Shown here piece after piece: positions 42,842 to 56,559 of a DNA stretch of 64,000 nt. The position numbers and the translations under genes are program-made. Below the pieces are notes generated by a model, which saw nothing but the letters and a program-made list of their open reading frames with translations, was not told the DNA's origin and searched no databases. This DNA comes from the human T2T-CHM13v2.0 reference genome, Homo sapiens. Where the stretch lies: the NCBI RefSeq assembly GCF_009914755.1, contig NC_060929.1. One strand, given 5' to 3'. How positions within the stretch are numbered: position 1 is the first letter of the stretch; each line of letters begins with the position of its first letter.

Positions 42842-45398
42842 ATAGCATAGATATAGGAATAGATATGGATAAGAATGTGGCTATATTTGTTTGTATCCTT
42901 ATACATGGTATATTGAACTATCAAGCTTGTTGCAAAGTGCAAGGAGAAACTAACTAATCTTTCAACTTCTAAAGACTTTGCTCCTGAATGAAATATTGAC
43001 AAGTTTTATAGCTCTTCTAATCATTTTCATGTGATAAAATACAGCATAGTCAAATATAAACCCTACATTCTCATCCAATTTTAGATGATTCTCCTTCCCC
43101 AGCTCAGCTCACATGGGTTCAAAAACTTACAACGAGAAAGCAGGACGTGGTTGGCTTCTTTCCTCTTTCTTCGTACACCCCCTTCTCACTTGCTGGATGT
43201 GCTTTTGGTCAATGGGAAGAGAAGGAAGGATATAAAAGGGGCATTAAGGAGAAAACAATTTTTCAAGGCTCACAGGGTCACAATCTGGTATGAAGCTTTG
43301 CTTTGTATTCCACACGCAGTGCTCTTTCTTTTAAAGGCAGTTTTGTAAAAAACTGTGAAAGATCCCGCAGTATTGCTCATGCATACAGCTTACAAACCCT
43401 AAGCTTAGCTACTAGATTCTAGCAGCTCACCCTACTGTTGTGGCTACCTATTCTTCTAAGTAATACTTTTAGGTAGTATGTCCCTCCCAAGTAGCCATAA
43501 AATCTTGAGAGAAATGTACATTCACTTTTGCCCTAACAGACTATGAAAGTGCAGTCCATTTCTAAGCAGATCACTTTGGCTCTAACTTTTAGAATATATT
43601 TACTCATGAACCCCATACCAATTACTGTGTCCTCAAATTCTAGGGAGCATCTGTCTTGCTCTTTGATTGTTTCTGTCAATATATGTCCCTGGCTGGGATT
43701 AAAATGAGAGTAGCATTAGCGCCACATCTAGATGGAGACGAGAAACATCATGATTCTCCAATTTTCTCTTTAAAGAAATACTGTACTTCTTTTCTTCATC
43801 TTTATCATCCCATAACCAATTCTCTAGCCTGGTTTCATACAGCATTTGAAGCGAAGGATGATTTAAGTTTTGTAAACCCAGTCTCACATTATCTTAGAAT
43901 GCCCAGCAAACATGCACATTGAGAAGCTGAGACTTTAGCTGAAACATCAAGATAACAAAAAAGTCACAGCTAAAATCTTCTCTTTCTCTTACACATGCGC
44001 ACACACACACACACACACACCTACCTGCACCCAAAATTTGAGCCTTAAAAAAAAACCAAACATAATGTAGACCCATTCTTGTATCTCAATGTAACAAAAT
44101 TAGAAATCAAAAAATAAAGATAAAATCCTCATACAATTGGAAAGTTTAAAACACAGTTTTAAATAAGTCATAAATCAAAGAAGATAATGGAAATTAAAAA
44201 ATAATTAGAACAGAATTACCAAAAAATCCCTGTGGATCAAAATTTGTATACCTAAAATTTAATTTAAACTAAAATATAATTACATGGGGAAAATTGCCTA
44301 TATAGAGTAAGGATTTAACCTTTACTAAATGCCAGTAAGATGTTGCTTATAGATTTTGTTGTATTAGATCATGTATATTCTTTGTGTCTTTTTAGAAAGC
44401 AATTCATTCCTTTTAAAAAATTTTAATTTATGAGAATCTCTAAAGTAATTTCTTATTCTTCACATGGTTATAATGAAAACGGACTGTTCTCTAAATACTG
44501 CGATACTTCAATGACATGTTTATATTATTTAAGTAATTCGTTAAAAGCAATTTATTCTCTTTTTATTCTCAGGTAGACACATTAGGGTAAATCTCCTGCA
44601 TTTCAATTGATCTTTAAAAAAAATGAGGAAAATTCAGGGCCTTAAGAATAAAGTGCTAGCAATGACAATCAAGTGCTGAAAGCAGAGAAAGAAAAATATA
44701 TGTATATATATATTATTTTAAAAGCTTTGAGCTCCCTCTAATGGCCTTTGGTAAAATTCCCAGAAGCAATAAGACAACTTTACTTAAGTAATAAATCTCC
44801 AATAAAGATGTTTTAAGAACATCTTCAAAATGTTCAGATTGCTGTTTTACTTTAAGTAGAGCATTCATTGTGGGGAAAAACTGAGCATATCCAAATGTTG
44901 CTGTGGGAATGTCCTTTCCTGTCTACCTGTTATCCTGTTACTGATGAGAGACACATTTTCTCTCCCCCTAGTGGATGTTTACAAAAATGACACAAAGATA
45001 TTACCAAACTAAGAGATTAAATTATTGCAATCAGAGAATTTAGATAGCACTAGCTGAGGCTCTTGACATGATTCAGCCTAACCTGTCATTTTGTGCTAGA
45101 GGAAATACAACAAATTTATGACTGTGTCATGGTCCAGGGGCACAGGCTCACTAAAATACTGAAGCAAATTTTAGGACTATGAACAATTTCCTTCACTCTA
45201 CGCCTTACTTCTCCTTAATAGGGTTCCTGTACAACAACAGGAATTACAGTGGAAAGAACTGCAAACCTCAGGAATGATTTAAGAAGTGTCCAGGGAAATC
45301 CAAAGACAACAGAGGAGACGAAAACAGGGACACCAGAGGAAACTTTAGCCTCTGACAGAGCTACTGCAAAGAGGAAACACAGTCGAACTCCCAGTCAT

Positions 45399-45512
45399 AT
45401 AAAACCTCACACTAAAGACATAAAACCTCACACTAAAGACATAAAACTAAAGACATAAAACCTCACACTAAAGACATAAAATATATAAACCATAAAACCT
45501 CACACTAAGGAC
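45399..45512 (+). repeat. 21-bp minisatellite ATAAAACCTCACACTAAAGAC (4 full + 2 partial units)
   Basis: Read directly. Confidence 0.9.
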
Positions 45513-45899
45513 ATGTTTATCTGTTTTTTTTACCCAGTACTTCATATTTAGCTTTCATCAAAAAATTACAAGGCATGAAAAAAGGTGAAAACCACAGTGT
45601 GAAGAGACAGAGCAGGCCTCACAACTAGACTCATATATGGCAGAAATTTTAGAATTATCAGACTTGGAATCTGAAAGAATTCTGAGTGATATGCTAAGGG
45701 TTCTAATGGAAAAAGTGGACAACATGCAACTACTGATGGGTAGTGTAAATACAAATATGAAAACTCTATGAAAGACTCAAAAGTAAATGCTATTATACAA
45801 ATTAAAAATCCTGCAATAGAAGGGAGGAATGCCTTCGATTACTTATCAGTAGACTGGACATGGCTGAGAAAAGAATCAGTGAAATTAAAAATATATCAG

Positions 45900-45973
45900 C
45901 ACTAACCTGCACATTGTGCACATGTACCTTAAAACTTAAAGTATAATAATAATAAAATAAAAAAATAAAAAAT
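45900..45973 (+). mobile_element. Ultra-short L1PA 3' terminal insertion
   Basis: ACTAACCTGCACATTGTGCACATGTACCTTAAAACTTAAAGTATAAT + A-rich tail; TSD AAAAATATATCAG at 45887-45899 and 45974-45986. Confidence 0.92.
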
Positions 45974-46388
45974 AAAAATATATCAGTAAAAACATCTCAA
46001 ACTGAAAAGCAAAGAGAAAAAAGAATGAATAAAAACAGAATAGTATACCCCAAAATTGTGGGACAATTGCCAAAGGTATAAATACATATAATGGGAATAC
46101 CAGAAGGAGAAGAAAGAGAAAGAAACAGAAGCAACATTTGAAGCAATAATGACAGAGAATTTTCTCCAAATTAATGAGACACCAGATCACAGATTCAGGA
46201 AGCTCAGAGAACACAAAGCAGGATAAATATCCCCCCAAAATCTATACATAGGCAAATCACATTTAAACCACAGAAAAGCAAAGACAAAAATAATGGCTTA
46301 AAAGAAACCAGAGGGGAAAAGAAACCCACCTTACTTATAGAGGAGCAAAGATGATAATTACATCAGGCTTTTATGTAGAAACCATGTA

Positions 46389-46674
46389 GGGCCCAGCATG
46401 GTGGCTCACATCTGTAATCCCAGCATTTTGGGAGGCTGAGGTGGGAGGATCACTTGAGTTTAGGAGTTCGGGACCAGCCTGGCCAACATGGCGAAACCCC
46501 ATCTCTACAGAAAATACCAAAATTAGCCAGATGTGGTGGCACACACCTGTAATCCCAGCTACTCAGGTGGCTAGGAAGCACAAGAATCACCTGAACTCAG
46601 GAAGCAGAGGTAGCAGTGAGCTGAGATCATGCCACTGTACTCCAGCCTGGGTGACAGAGGGAGACCCTGTTTCA
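46389..46674 (+). mobile_element. Alu (old S/J) whose tail expanded into a compound STR
   Basis: Full dimer; AGAAACCA(T/C)G on both sides of the Alu+STR unit. Confidence 0.93.
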
Positions 46675-46685
46675 GAAAGAAAGAA

Positions 46686-46757
<72 letters not shown>

Positions 46758-46961
46758 AGGAAGGAAGGAAGGAAGGAAGGAAGGAAGGAAGGAAGGAAGG
46801 AAGGAAGGAAGGAAGGAGAAAGAAAGGAAAGAAAGAAGAGAAAGAGGAAGGAAGGAAGGAAGGAAAGGGAAGGGAAGGGAAGCAAGGAAGGAAGGAAGGA
46901 AAGAAGAAAGAAAGAGAAAGAAAGAAAGAAAGAAGGAAGGAAAGAAAGAAAAGAAAAGAAA
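46674..46961 (+). repeat. Compound purine microsatellite (GAAA)17-(GGAA)14-mixed
   Basis: GAAA at 46688-46755, GGAA at 46759-46814, then mixed GA-rich sequence. Confidence 0.97.
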
Positions 46962-49900
46962 CCACGAGTGAGAAGACAGTGGTGCATAATATTTAAAGTG
47001 TTGAAACAAGAAAAACCAACCTAGAATTCTGCACCCAGCAAAATTATCTTTCAAAAGTGAAGTAGAAATAATTTCTCAACAAATTAAAAAGTAGGGAATT
47101 TGTATCCAGTAGACCAGTTGAACATGAGATATTCTGAAAGTCTTTCAAAAAGAAGGAAAATCATATAGGTCAGTAACTCTGATTTACATAAAGAAAGGAA
47201 GAGCATTAGAGAAGAAATAAAGGAAAGCAAAATAAAATATTTTATTTTTCTTAGTTGATTTAACAGATAACAGTTTGTTCTAAAGAATAACAGCAATATT
47301 GTACTCAGTTTGGGGATAGGGAAAAGAATAATAGCAATGTTGTAAGGGATGGGAGGAAAACATTGGGAATTTGCATTACTTGTGAAGTGGTATAGTGTTA
47401 TTTGAAAGTGTACATGGGTTAGTTGTAATTGCAAATCATTAACTCTAGGACAACCACTAAAAAATAAAAAGTGAAAGCATAATTTATTTGCAAAGACAGG
47501 AGAGAAATGGAATTGTATAAAATGTTTATCTAAAATCACAGAAGACAGAAAAAGAGTGGAAGACAAAAACAGGAAACAAAAAATAAGGGCAACACATAGA
47601 AAACAGTAACAATTATGGTATATATTAATCCAATTATACCAATAACCATATGAAACATCATTGTCTAAATATATCACTTAGAAATAAACTGGATAGAAAG
47701 ACGAAAACCATTTGGTCCCACTTGTATGAGGAATCTAAAACAGTCCAACTCATAGAAGCTAAGAGTAGAATGATGGTTGCCAGGGGCTGGTTTGGGGTGG
47801 GGGTAGGGGTTTGGTGAGGTATTAGTTAAAGGATGCAAGTTTCAGTTACACAAGATGAATAAGTCCTAGAGATCTACTGTATAACATAGTGCCTATAGTT
47901 AATACTGTATTATGTTAAGTGTTCTTGTTGCACACACACACACAAATAATAACAAATAAAACTTGTGGGAGGAAAAATGAATCAATGAATAAATAAATAG
48001 CCATTTAATTTACAGAGTATCACAATAGATTAAAAACAAGACCCAACTATATGTTGTCTACAAGAAACTTAAAGACACAGATAGATTAAAAATAAAGAAA
48101 TAGAGAAAGATACACCATGCTAATACTAATCATAAGAAAGCTGAAGTAGCTATATTAATGTCATTCAAAGCAGATTTTTAAGAGCAAGAAATGTTGTCAG
48201 GGATAAAGAGGCATATTGCATAATGATAAAGGAGTCATATGTCCAAGAAGACATAACAATTCTTAATGTCTATGCACCTAACAACGCAACATCAAAATGT
48301 GTGAGCCAAAAACTGGCAGAACTGCAAGGAGAAATAAATGAATCTACTATTGTAATTAGAGACTTCAACATCCCTCTATTAGTAATTGGCAGATCCAGCA
48401 AGCAGAAAATCATTAAGGACATAGTTGAACGGAACAGCACTATCAATCAAGTGAATCTAAATTGACATTTATAGAATATTTCACCAACAGCAGAATACAG
48501 ATTCTTCTCAAGCTCACATGGAACGTTTACGAAGAAAGCCCATATTCTGGGCCATAAAATACACCTTAACAAATTTAGAAGAATAGAAGTTATTAAAAGT
48601 GTACTCTCAGACCACAATGGAATTAAATTAGAAATTAATAACAGAAAGACACCTGGAAAATCCCAAATCAACAATCAAGGCTTCCACCTTAAGAAAGTAG
48701 CAAAAGAAGAGCAAATTTAATCCAAATGAAGCAGAAGAAAAGAAATAATAAGCATAAGAGCAGAAATCAATGTAATTTAAAAGGGGAAACCAATAAAGAA
48801 AAATGATGAAATTAAAAGCTTGCTTTTTGAAAAGATCGATAGAATGATAAAGCTCTAGCCAGGCTAACTAAGGAAAAATGAGAGAAGATACAAATTACTA
48901 ATACAGAAATGAAAGACAGGCCATCACTCCTGATTTAATGGGTATTAAAAGGATAATAAAGGAATATTAGGAACAACTCTATGACCACAGATTTGATAAC
49001 CTAGATGAAATGGACCAATTCCTTGAAAGACACAGTCTACCTCTTAAAAATGTAACCCTTAGGATTCAACAATGAGAAAATACACAACCAAATTTTAAAA
49101 TGGGCAAAAGGTCTGAGCAGACACATAATCAAAGAAGATATACGGATGGCAAATAAGCATCTGAAAAAACGCTCAACATCATATGTTATTAGGGAATTGC
49201 AAATTAAAACAATATTGAGATATTGCTACCACCCATAGAATGGCTAAAATTCAAGAGATTGACAACACCAAATGCTGACAAGGATGTGGGGCAACAGGAA
49301 CCCTCATTCAAAGTTGGTGAGAATGCAAAATGGCACAACTGCTTTGGAAGACAGTTTGGTAGTTTCTTGCAAATCTAAACATGCTCTTACCTTGCAATCC
49401 AACAATTGTGCTCTTTGATATTTGCCCAAATGAGTTGAATACTTATATATACACAAAAACTTGTAAATTAATGTTTATAGCAGCTTTATTCATAATTGTT
49501 AAAACTTGGAAGCAACCAAGATGTTCTTCAATAGGCTAATGCATAAGCAAACTGTTACAGAGTCATGCAATAGACTATTTTCCAGTGATAGAAAAAATGA
49601 GCCATCATGTCATGAAAAGACATAGAGAAACATGAAATGCATATTACCAAGTAAAGGAAAGCAGCCTGAAAAGACTACACAGCATATAATGCCAAGTATA
49701 TGACATTCTGGAAAAGGCGAAACTATGGAGACAATAAAAAGAGCAGTGGTTTCCAGGCATTCAAAGTGAGGGAAGGAGGAATGAATGGTTGGAATATAGG
49801 GAAATTTGGGGCAGTGAAACTATTTTGTACCATATTATAATGGTGGATATATGAATCATACCTTTGCAAAAGCCCATAGAACTGTACAACACACAGAGTG

Positions 49901-50670
49901 AACCTTAATGTAAACTATGCATTTTAGTTAATAATAATGCATCAATATTCGTTCATTAATTGTAACAAATTTACTACACTAATGCACGATGTTAATAAAA
50001 TGAGAAACTGTGATTGGGGTGATAAATAGAAACCCTCTGTATCTTCTGCTTATTTTTTCTGTAAACCTAAAATGGCTCTAAAAAATAAAGTTGATTAATT
50101 AAATAAGCAAGAGAGAGAGGGTTTTGGAGCCTAACAAAGATTCAAATCCTGGTTCTCTCACTTATAATTTGTGTGGGCTTCTGTCCTGACATTTTAGAAA
50201 CTGATTTTTTTTTCTCATCAGAAAATAAAGATAAAAATATTTACCTCCTAGAATTATTTTGGATTTGAGTGAGCTAATACATGAGAAGCTCCAGAGAGAG
50301 CCTGGTACACAGTAGACATTCAGCATTTATTAACTCTTCTAGCTTTCCCTTTCTTTATGAACATTACTACTTGATAGTTACTAAACAATGTAGGAGAAGA
50401 TGGGCAAGAAATCACCAGGAGCAGTAGCAGAAGCAAAAGTGTAGTTGAAGATGCCAGAGATGATCTAACAAAGAGATCAACTTTTGAGGCTGCATAACAT
50501 AAAAAGCATTCCTGTCGAGAGACTACTGTGAATAAGAGAATATATTAAGCAAATGAGGCACTGAACTGGATTGAAATTTATACACTATGTGGCATTTGAA
50601 AATGAGCAGTAAGCTGTCTTGTGAACTGACACTTCATCTTTGAATATTCCACTCTGTGAGAATGCTTATG

Positions 50671-50870
50671 CAGTGCTGCCCAACAGAATGTTGTAAAATG
50701 ATGGAAATGTTTTTGTCCACTGTCAAATATAGTAGGCATTCACCAAATGTAGCTAATTAGCACTTGAAATGTGGCTAGTATGACTGAAGAACAAATTTAT
50801 TTTATTTTATTATGTTTCAATTTAAATTTAAGTAGTCATATGGGGCTGGTGGCTGTCAAATTGGACAGTT
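50671..50870. mobile_element. MER3-like hAT element
   Basis: CAGTGCTGCCCAACAGAA...GCACTTGAAATGTGGCTAGT...TTGGACAG. Confidence 0.75.
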
Positions 50871-50884
50871 TAGACAATCTTCAA

Positions 50885-52035
50885 AAAAATGATAAGCACA
50901 TAGCAAGGAAAATTAGAAAATAATTTGACATGAATGAAAATGAAGACACAACATAATGAAACTCACAGGATGTAGCTAAAGCAGTGCTTAAAAGGAAATG
51001 TATAGCTGTAAATACCTATATTAAGAAAGAAGAAAGACCTCAAATCAACAGCTTAACATTTCACCTAAGACAGTAGAAAAGAAAACTAAATGCAATGCAA
51101 ACAAGGAAGAAAATTAGGATTCGAGCAGAAATTAATGAAACAGGGCCTAGAAAAACCATGAAGAAAATCAACAAAACCAGAACTTTGTTTTTTGAAAGAA
51201 TAGACAAAATTGACAAACCTCAGCTAAACTGACCAAAGAAAAACAGAGGAGACTTAACTTACTAAAATCAGAAATGAAGCAGAGGACATTACCTTGCATA
51301 AATAAAAAGGATTATGAAGGAATACTATGAACAGATAATAACAAGTGTTAACAAGGATTTGGAGTAATTGGAACTCTCATATTGCTGGTGGAAACATAAA
51401 ACATTGCAGCCATTTATGAAAACAGACCAACAGTTGCTCAAAAGATTTAACACTGAGTTACTCTATGATCCAGCAATTAGACTCTGAAGTGTATACACAA
51501 GAGAAATGAAAACACATGTCCACATAAAAACTTGTACATGAATGTTCACAACACCCTTATTCATAATAACCAAAAAGCGGAAACAACCCAAATGCCCATC
51601 AATTGATGAATGGATGAATAAAATGTGTGTCATTCATACAGTAGGATATTTTTCATCAATAATAAGAAATAAAGTACTGATACATGAATAAATTTTGAAA
51701 ATATGTTAAGTGAAAGACACCAGTCATAAAGGGCCCCATATTGTCTGATTCCATTCATTTCAAATAGGTAAATTGGAAAGGCAAATCTGTAGCAATGGAA
51801 AGCAGATTAATAGTTGCCTAGCACTAGGGGTGAGGTCTGCTAGGGGTATGGGCAGGTCATCACCTGCCCATGACTAAGGGGAATAGAGATTCCTTTTGGG
51901 GTGGTGAGAATGTTCTAAAATTGATTACGGTGATGGATACACAGCTCTGTGAATATACTAAAGCCATTGGATTGTATACTTTAAATGGATGAGTTGTATG
52001 TCAACTATACCTCTTATAGTTGTAATTAAAAAAAA
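50885..52035 (+). mobile_element. Old L1M fragments (ORF2 piece + 3' end)
   Basis: GCTAAAGCAGTGCTTAAAAGGAAAT..., CAAATGCCCATCAATTGATGAATGG. Confidence 0.8.
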
Positions 52036-52932
52036 ACAAGCAAAGTGGAGGGAGCAATACTTCAGGCACTAACAATTTACAAAATTGTAGCTTCAGCAGT
52101 GGTTGTTCTTTGTTTCCGGGGTTCCTAGAAAACCCAACACCATGTGTTCATAACAAAGTTTCCAGGTTTCCTTGGGCCAGCCCAATCCCACCTTATTAAT
52201 TTCCTGCTAACCTTCAACCTAATCTCACCCTCAACAATGCAAGCATACAGGAATTGAACCTGCATATGGAGTCTCATGAAACAATCAATAATTTTTTCAT
52301 TTTGAGGAAAAAATTTTCTATTTTCTATTGCTGAAATTAAATTTACATTGCTTAATGTTTTGTCAAATTTGGATTTGATGACCATAATAACATGGTATTA
52401 CAGTTGAAGTTTTGATTTGATCATTATTCTTCCAAAGATAACATGGATGCAAAATTTCATTTCTTAAATTTGTTTTGACTTTTAAAAATGCTTACACAGT
52501 TAAGATTTTATGTTAGAATTTTGTACAAGTAGGATTTTTTACTGATTTTTAGTTGCTTCGTTAAGGAGAAATAAAATCTCATGACAAAATCAGACTGTTG
52601 GAGTGTCTGGCAGTAGTTACAACAGTTGCCAAGATATTTTTATGTCTGAAAACCAGAACAATTACCCTTAATATTGTAGTTTTATATTCTTACATCTTTG
52701 GCTGCTTGATTTGTTTTTCCAGCCAAAACCAGTGTTGGTGAGTAATGTAAGAAATGTGTCAGTAATCAGTCCTAACACCTTTTTCGTGTTTAATCTATAT
52801 ATGTTCCAGTGAGCATACCACTCGTCTACTGTTCTTTCTGATAGATGTTTCTAGTTATATAGGGCTTTACTTTGCCTATATTCAGGTAGAAGGGTTCTGA
52901 TATTGATAAATGAAGAAGGCCCACATTATCTC

Positions 52933-53232
<300 letters not shown>

Positions 53233-53711
53233 ATATATTTAGCTTTACAACAAGAAGCACCTGTCTTCATTAGATAGTGGCAGCAGAAATCCCACATTCA
53301 GAACATGAACTTGGCTTCACTGACTCCTTCATAGATTCCAACTTCACAAACTTCATATTCATTTCCAAGAGTATTCTTACAAAGTCCATTTTATTTTGCT
53401 CCTCCAAATTTAATTGAAAATCATTGCTTCCTATAATGCTTCCTTGCTTCTCTTTGCCCAAATTTCTGAAAATATAGATCCCAGATTTGCCCATAGCTGC
53501 TAATTTTTATATTGCCCTGCTCAGATTTTCTGCCACAGTGACTTAGTTTTAAGCTTGTCTAGACTCTGATTTTGACTCTCAGATTAGATGTAAGAAGTTT
53601 AGATTGGAGGTACAGACCAGAAGACTAGGAAGGGTCTTGGGAATCATATTAAGCCCGTAAGTCAAGTAACACAAGTGTCTCATTTTAAAATTTAAAGGTA
53701 AATACTACCAC

Positions 53712-54008
53712 TGAGAGTGATAGCTCACACCTGTAATCCCAGCACTTTGGAAGGATGAGGTGGGTAGATGGCTTGAGCCCAGGATTTCGAGACCAACATG
53801 GGCAACATAGAGAAACCCCCGTCTCTACAAAAAGATACAGAGAAATTAACCAGGTGTAATGGGGTGCACCTGTAGTCCCAGCAACTTGGGAGCCTGAGGT
53901 GAGAGGATCACCTGAACCCAGAGAGGTTGAGACCGCAGTCAGCCGTGATCGCAACACTGCACTCCAGCCTGGGTGACAGAGTGAGACCCTGTCTCAAAAA
54001 AGAGAAAA
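53712..54008 (+). mobile_element. AluJ
   Basis: Dimer; AAAGGTA(A/G)ATACTACCA repeated on both sides. Confidence 0.92.
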
Positions 54009-55117
54009 GGTAGATACTACCAAAAATATATAATCAACTGAAGTGAGATGGTAGCAGTCAGGAGAACCATGGGTGTATACTGGTTTCATCTTTTCTCATA
54101 GTAGGGAATCAATAGATGCTAATACATAAAGTTAAATATACAACATAAAGTAGTAGTTATAAATATAACCATTAGTACAAAAACATGAACTCTCCAAATT
54201 ACCAGACAATACACACATATACAAAATATTATAGATGATATAACAAAAAATTATAAAAAGGAAAAAAATAACTGAAAACACAATATGAAATATAATATGA
54301 AATATATCAGATAAAAAGTAAACATATATGCCATATAAATAAAGGTAAGTAGATTAACTCCTCATTTTAAAAAGTCTCAAACTAAATCATAAAGCAAAAT
54401 GTAATTATATTTTCAAATTCAAGATATGTATCTAAGATAAAATAACTCAGAAAAAATGAAAACAAAAGAATGAGTAAAGGCCTATCAGACAAATGTAAAG
54501 AAAATAATAAAGGATACAATCCACTTCAATGATCTCATCATTATGTATATCTATGAATAAAATAACCTCGTATCAACATACTTAAAGCAAAAATTACAGG
54601 AAACACAAGAGGAAATAGAAACACATTAGGTACAGGCAGTTTTAATGCCCATATCTCAGTTCATGACATAGCAAGTGAATAAAAAATAAGTTTGTAAATG
54701 GAACACATAAATAATGTAAGTAATAAGTTAAGTTTGCTAACTAATTGCTCTGCATGGAATTAAATTCCATGACTTCACATTCTTTTCACATACCCACAAA
54801 GCATTGGAGTAAACTGACCATATTTTAGACCACAAATAAAACCTTAGTCAATTTTTCAAAATTAGAAGATGAAAATATGAATATAAGAAGTAAAAATATT
54901 GTAAAGGAAGAGTAAATAAAAGCAAATCAATTCATAAGCTATTGGAAACAAGCCAGTTCAGTAAGGTGACTGGTTACAAAATTAATATTAAATAAATAGC
55001 CTTCCTATATGCAAGAAATAATCAACCATAAAATGTAATAAAAGACTCTATCAATAATGGCAAGAAAAAAGATTAAATACCTAAGAGAAGCTTATGAAAA
55101 ATATTTGTCTATATTTC

Positions 55118-55240
55118 TGCCAGGCACAATGGCATGTGCCAGTAGTTCCAACTACTCAGGGGCTGAGGTGGGAGGATGACTTGAGTCCAAAAGTTCTAAG
55201 CCAGCCTAGTCAATGTAGTGAGACCCTATCTATAAGACAA
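55118..55240 (+). mobile_element. FLAM (Alu monomer) inside an old L1M
   Basis: GCCAGGCACAATGGCATGTGCC...GTGAGACCCTATCT. Confidence 0.8.
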
Positions 55241-56559
55241 TATAAATTAAAATGAATCTTTTTAATCTATATTTTAAAATATAGGATCCCCATAAAAATA
55301 CCATCTGAGTTTTATTTTAATATAGATGAGCTGATTTTAAAGATATAATAAATTTTGCTCTAGAAAAAATTTATATATGGCAACATGCACACACACACAC
55401 ACAAAGACAGAATTCATATCACAAAGAAGGCAAAATATTTGCAACATGCATTGCATATATAGGACTAATTTTCTTATGGTGTGAAGATCTCCCATAAACT
55501 AACTTTTAAAAATCAAGAAGATAATATAAGATGGAGATCACAGCAAAAGAAGCACAAATAACCTTAAACACATAAAATAATTTTACTCTTAATATGATAA
55601 ACACACCTGTAAATTAGCAAAGATTCAAATCTTTGGTAACAAACTGTAGTTGGAGAAGAAGTAGGGAAGCAGGCACTCATAGTTCACTGGTGAGAGTATA
55701 AACTGGTATGACATCAATGCAGAGCGACTTGGCGATATCCATTGAAATTCCAAAGACACATATCATTTGATCAAACAACTCTACTTTTGAGAACTTATTC
55801 TACAGATAATACTTGCACATGTGTAAAATGAGACATATCTAAGTAGGATCAATATAGCATTGCTGGGATTAGCAAAAGATTAAAATGAACTAAATATTCA
55901 GAATTAATACAAGTTAAATAATTGGCAATCTACTCTCTTCATGGAAGGTTTAGGCAAGGAGGTAGTAGAGTTGAAAGTTGAATGGGACCATGTTAGTACA
56001 ATCTGAAATCTAAGCTAAAGGATTTGGACTTTATCCTGTAGTCAAGTGAGGGAAATCAAAGTTTTCAAGCAAGGATCATGTGGTCAGCCTGGTGGTGGTA
56101 TGCAGAAATCTGAGTTGGGGTCAAGAGTTCCAGCACAGGCCTTAAATTTGCACCAGAGCTGTGGGGATGATAAAGCCATTGATGCAAAAGGCCATAGAAA
56201 GCTTTACAGTTTCAGAATTTTGATGACTATAGTTGGTGCAGGAGGGAGAGCTGTGGAGTATTATTTATAATTACTGCATAATAATGACAGTATTAATAAA
56301 ATTAAAAAGGCAAAATCTGAAAATAGTTTCATGGATAAGGTAATTAATTTATCTTTTATCTGATTGCATTTGAGAAGATAGTGAGCTTTCTATGTGGTTA
56401 GAAACTGGAACTGACATTCTAGAGAAAGATTAGAGAGGGAGATGTAGAATCAAGTGTTTCTGTTAAGGCTTTGAATGTAGATTCTTTCTCTTGTGTATAA
56501 GCAGGGAATATACAATTGGGTTTGCCATCTTGTAAAGAGATATGCCAAGAGTCTGACCC

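Larger units (their letters stand above)
45110..50100 (+). mobile_element. Old L1M (L1MC/MD-like), internally deleted, with nested insertions
   Basis: ORF1-like region, endonuclease remnant (ORF 48223..48465 QEDITILNVYAPNN...DFNIPL), L1MC-type 3' UTR. Confidence 0.85.

Noticed and set aside
45399-45512. Repeat-spacer-like pattern suggesting a CRISPR array
   Set aside because: Eukaryotic DNA; units are mostly adjacent, the 'spacers' are partial units, and there are no cas genes.
46441-47054. Five overlapping 97-176 aa ORFs with K/E/R- or F/L/S-rich sequence
   Set aside because: Stop-free reading of the Alu tail GA microsatellite; not genes.
47084-47677. 197-aa ORF on the - strand
   Set aside because: Antisense to A-rich old L1 sequence; F/L/I-biased with no recognisable domain.
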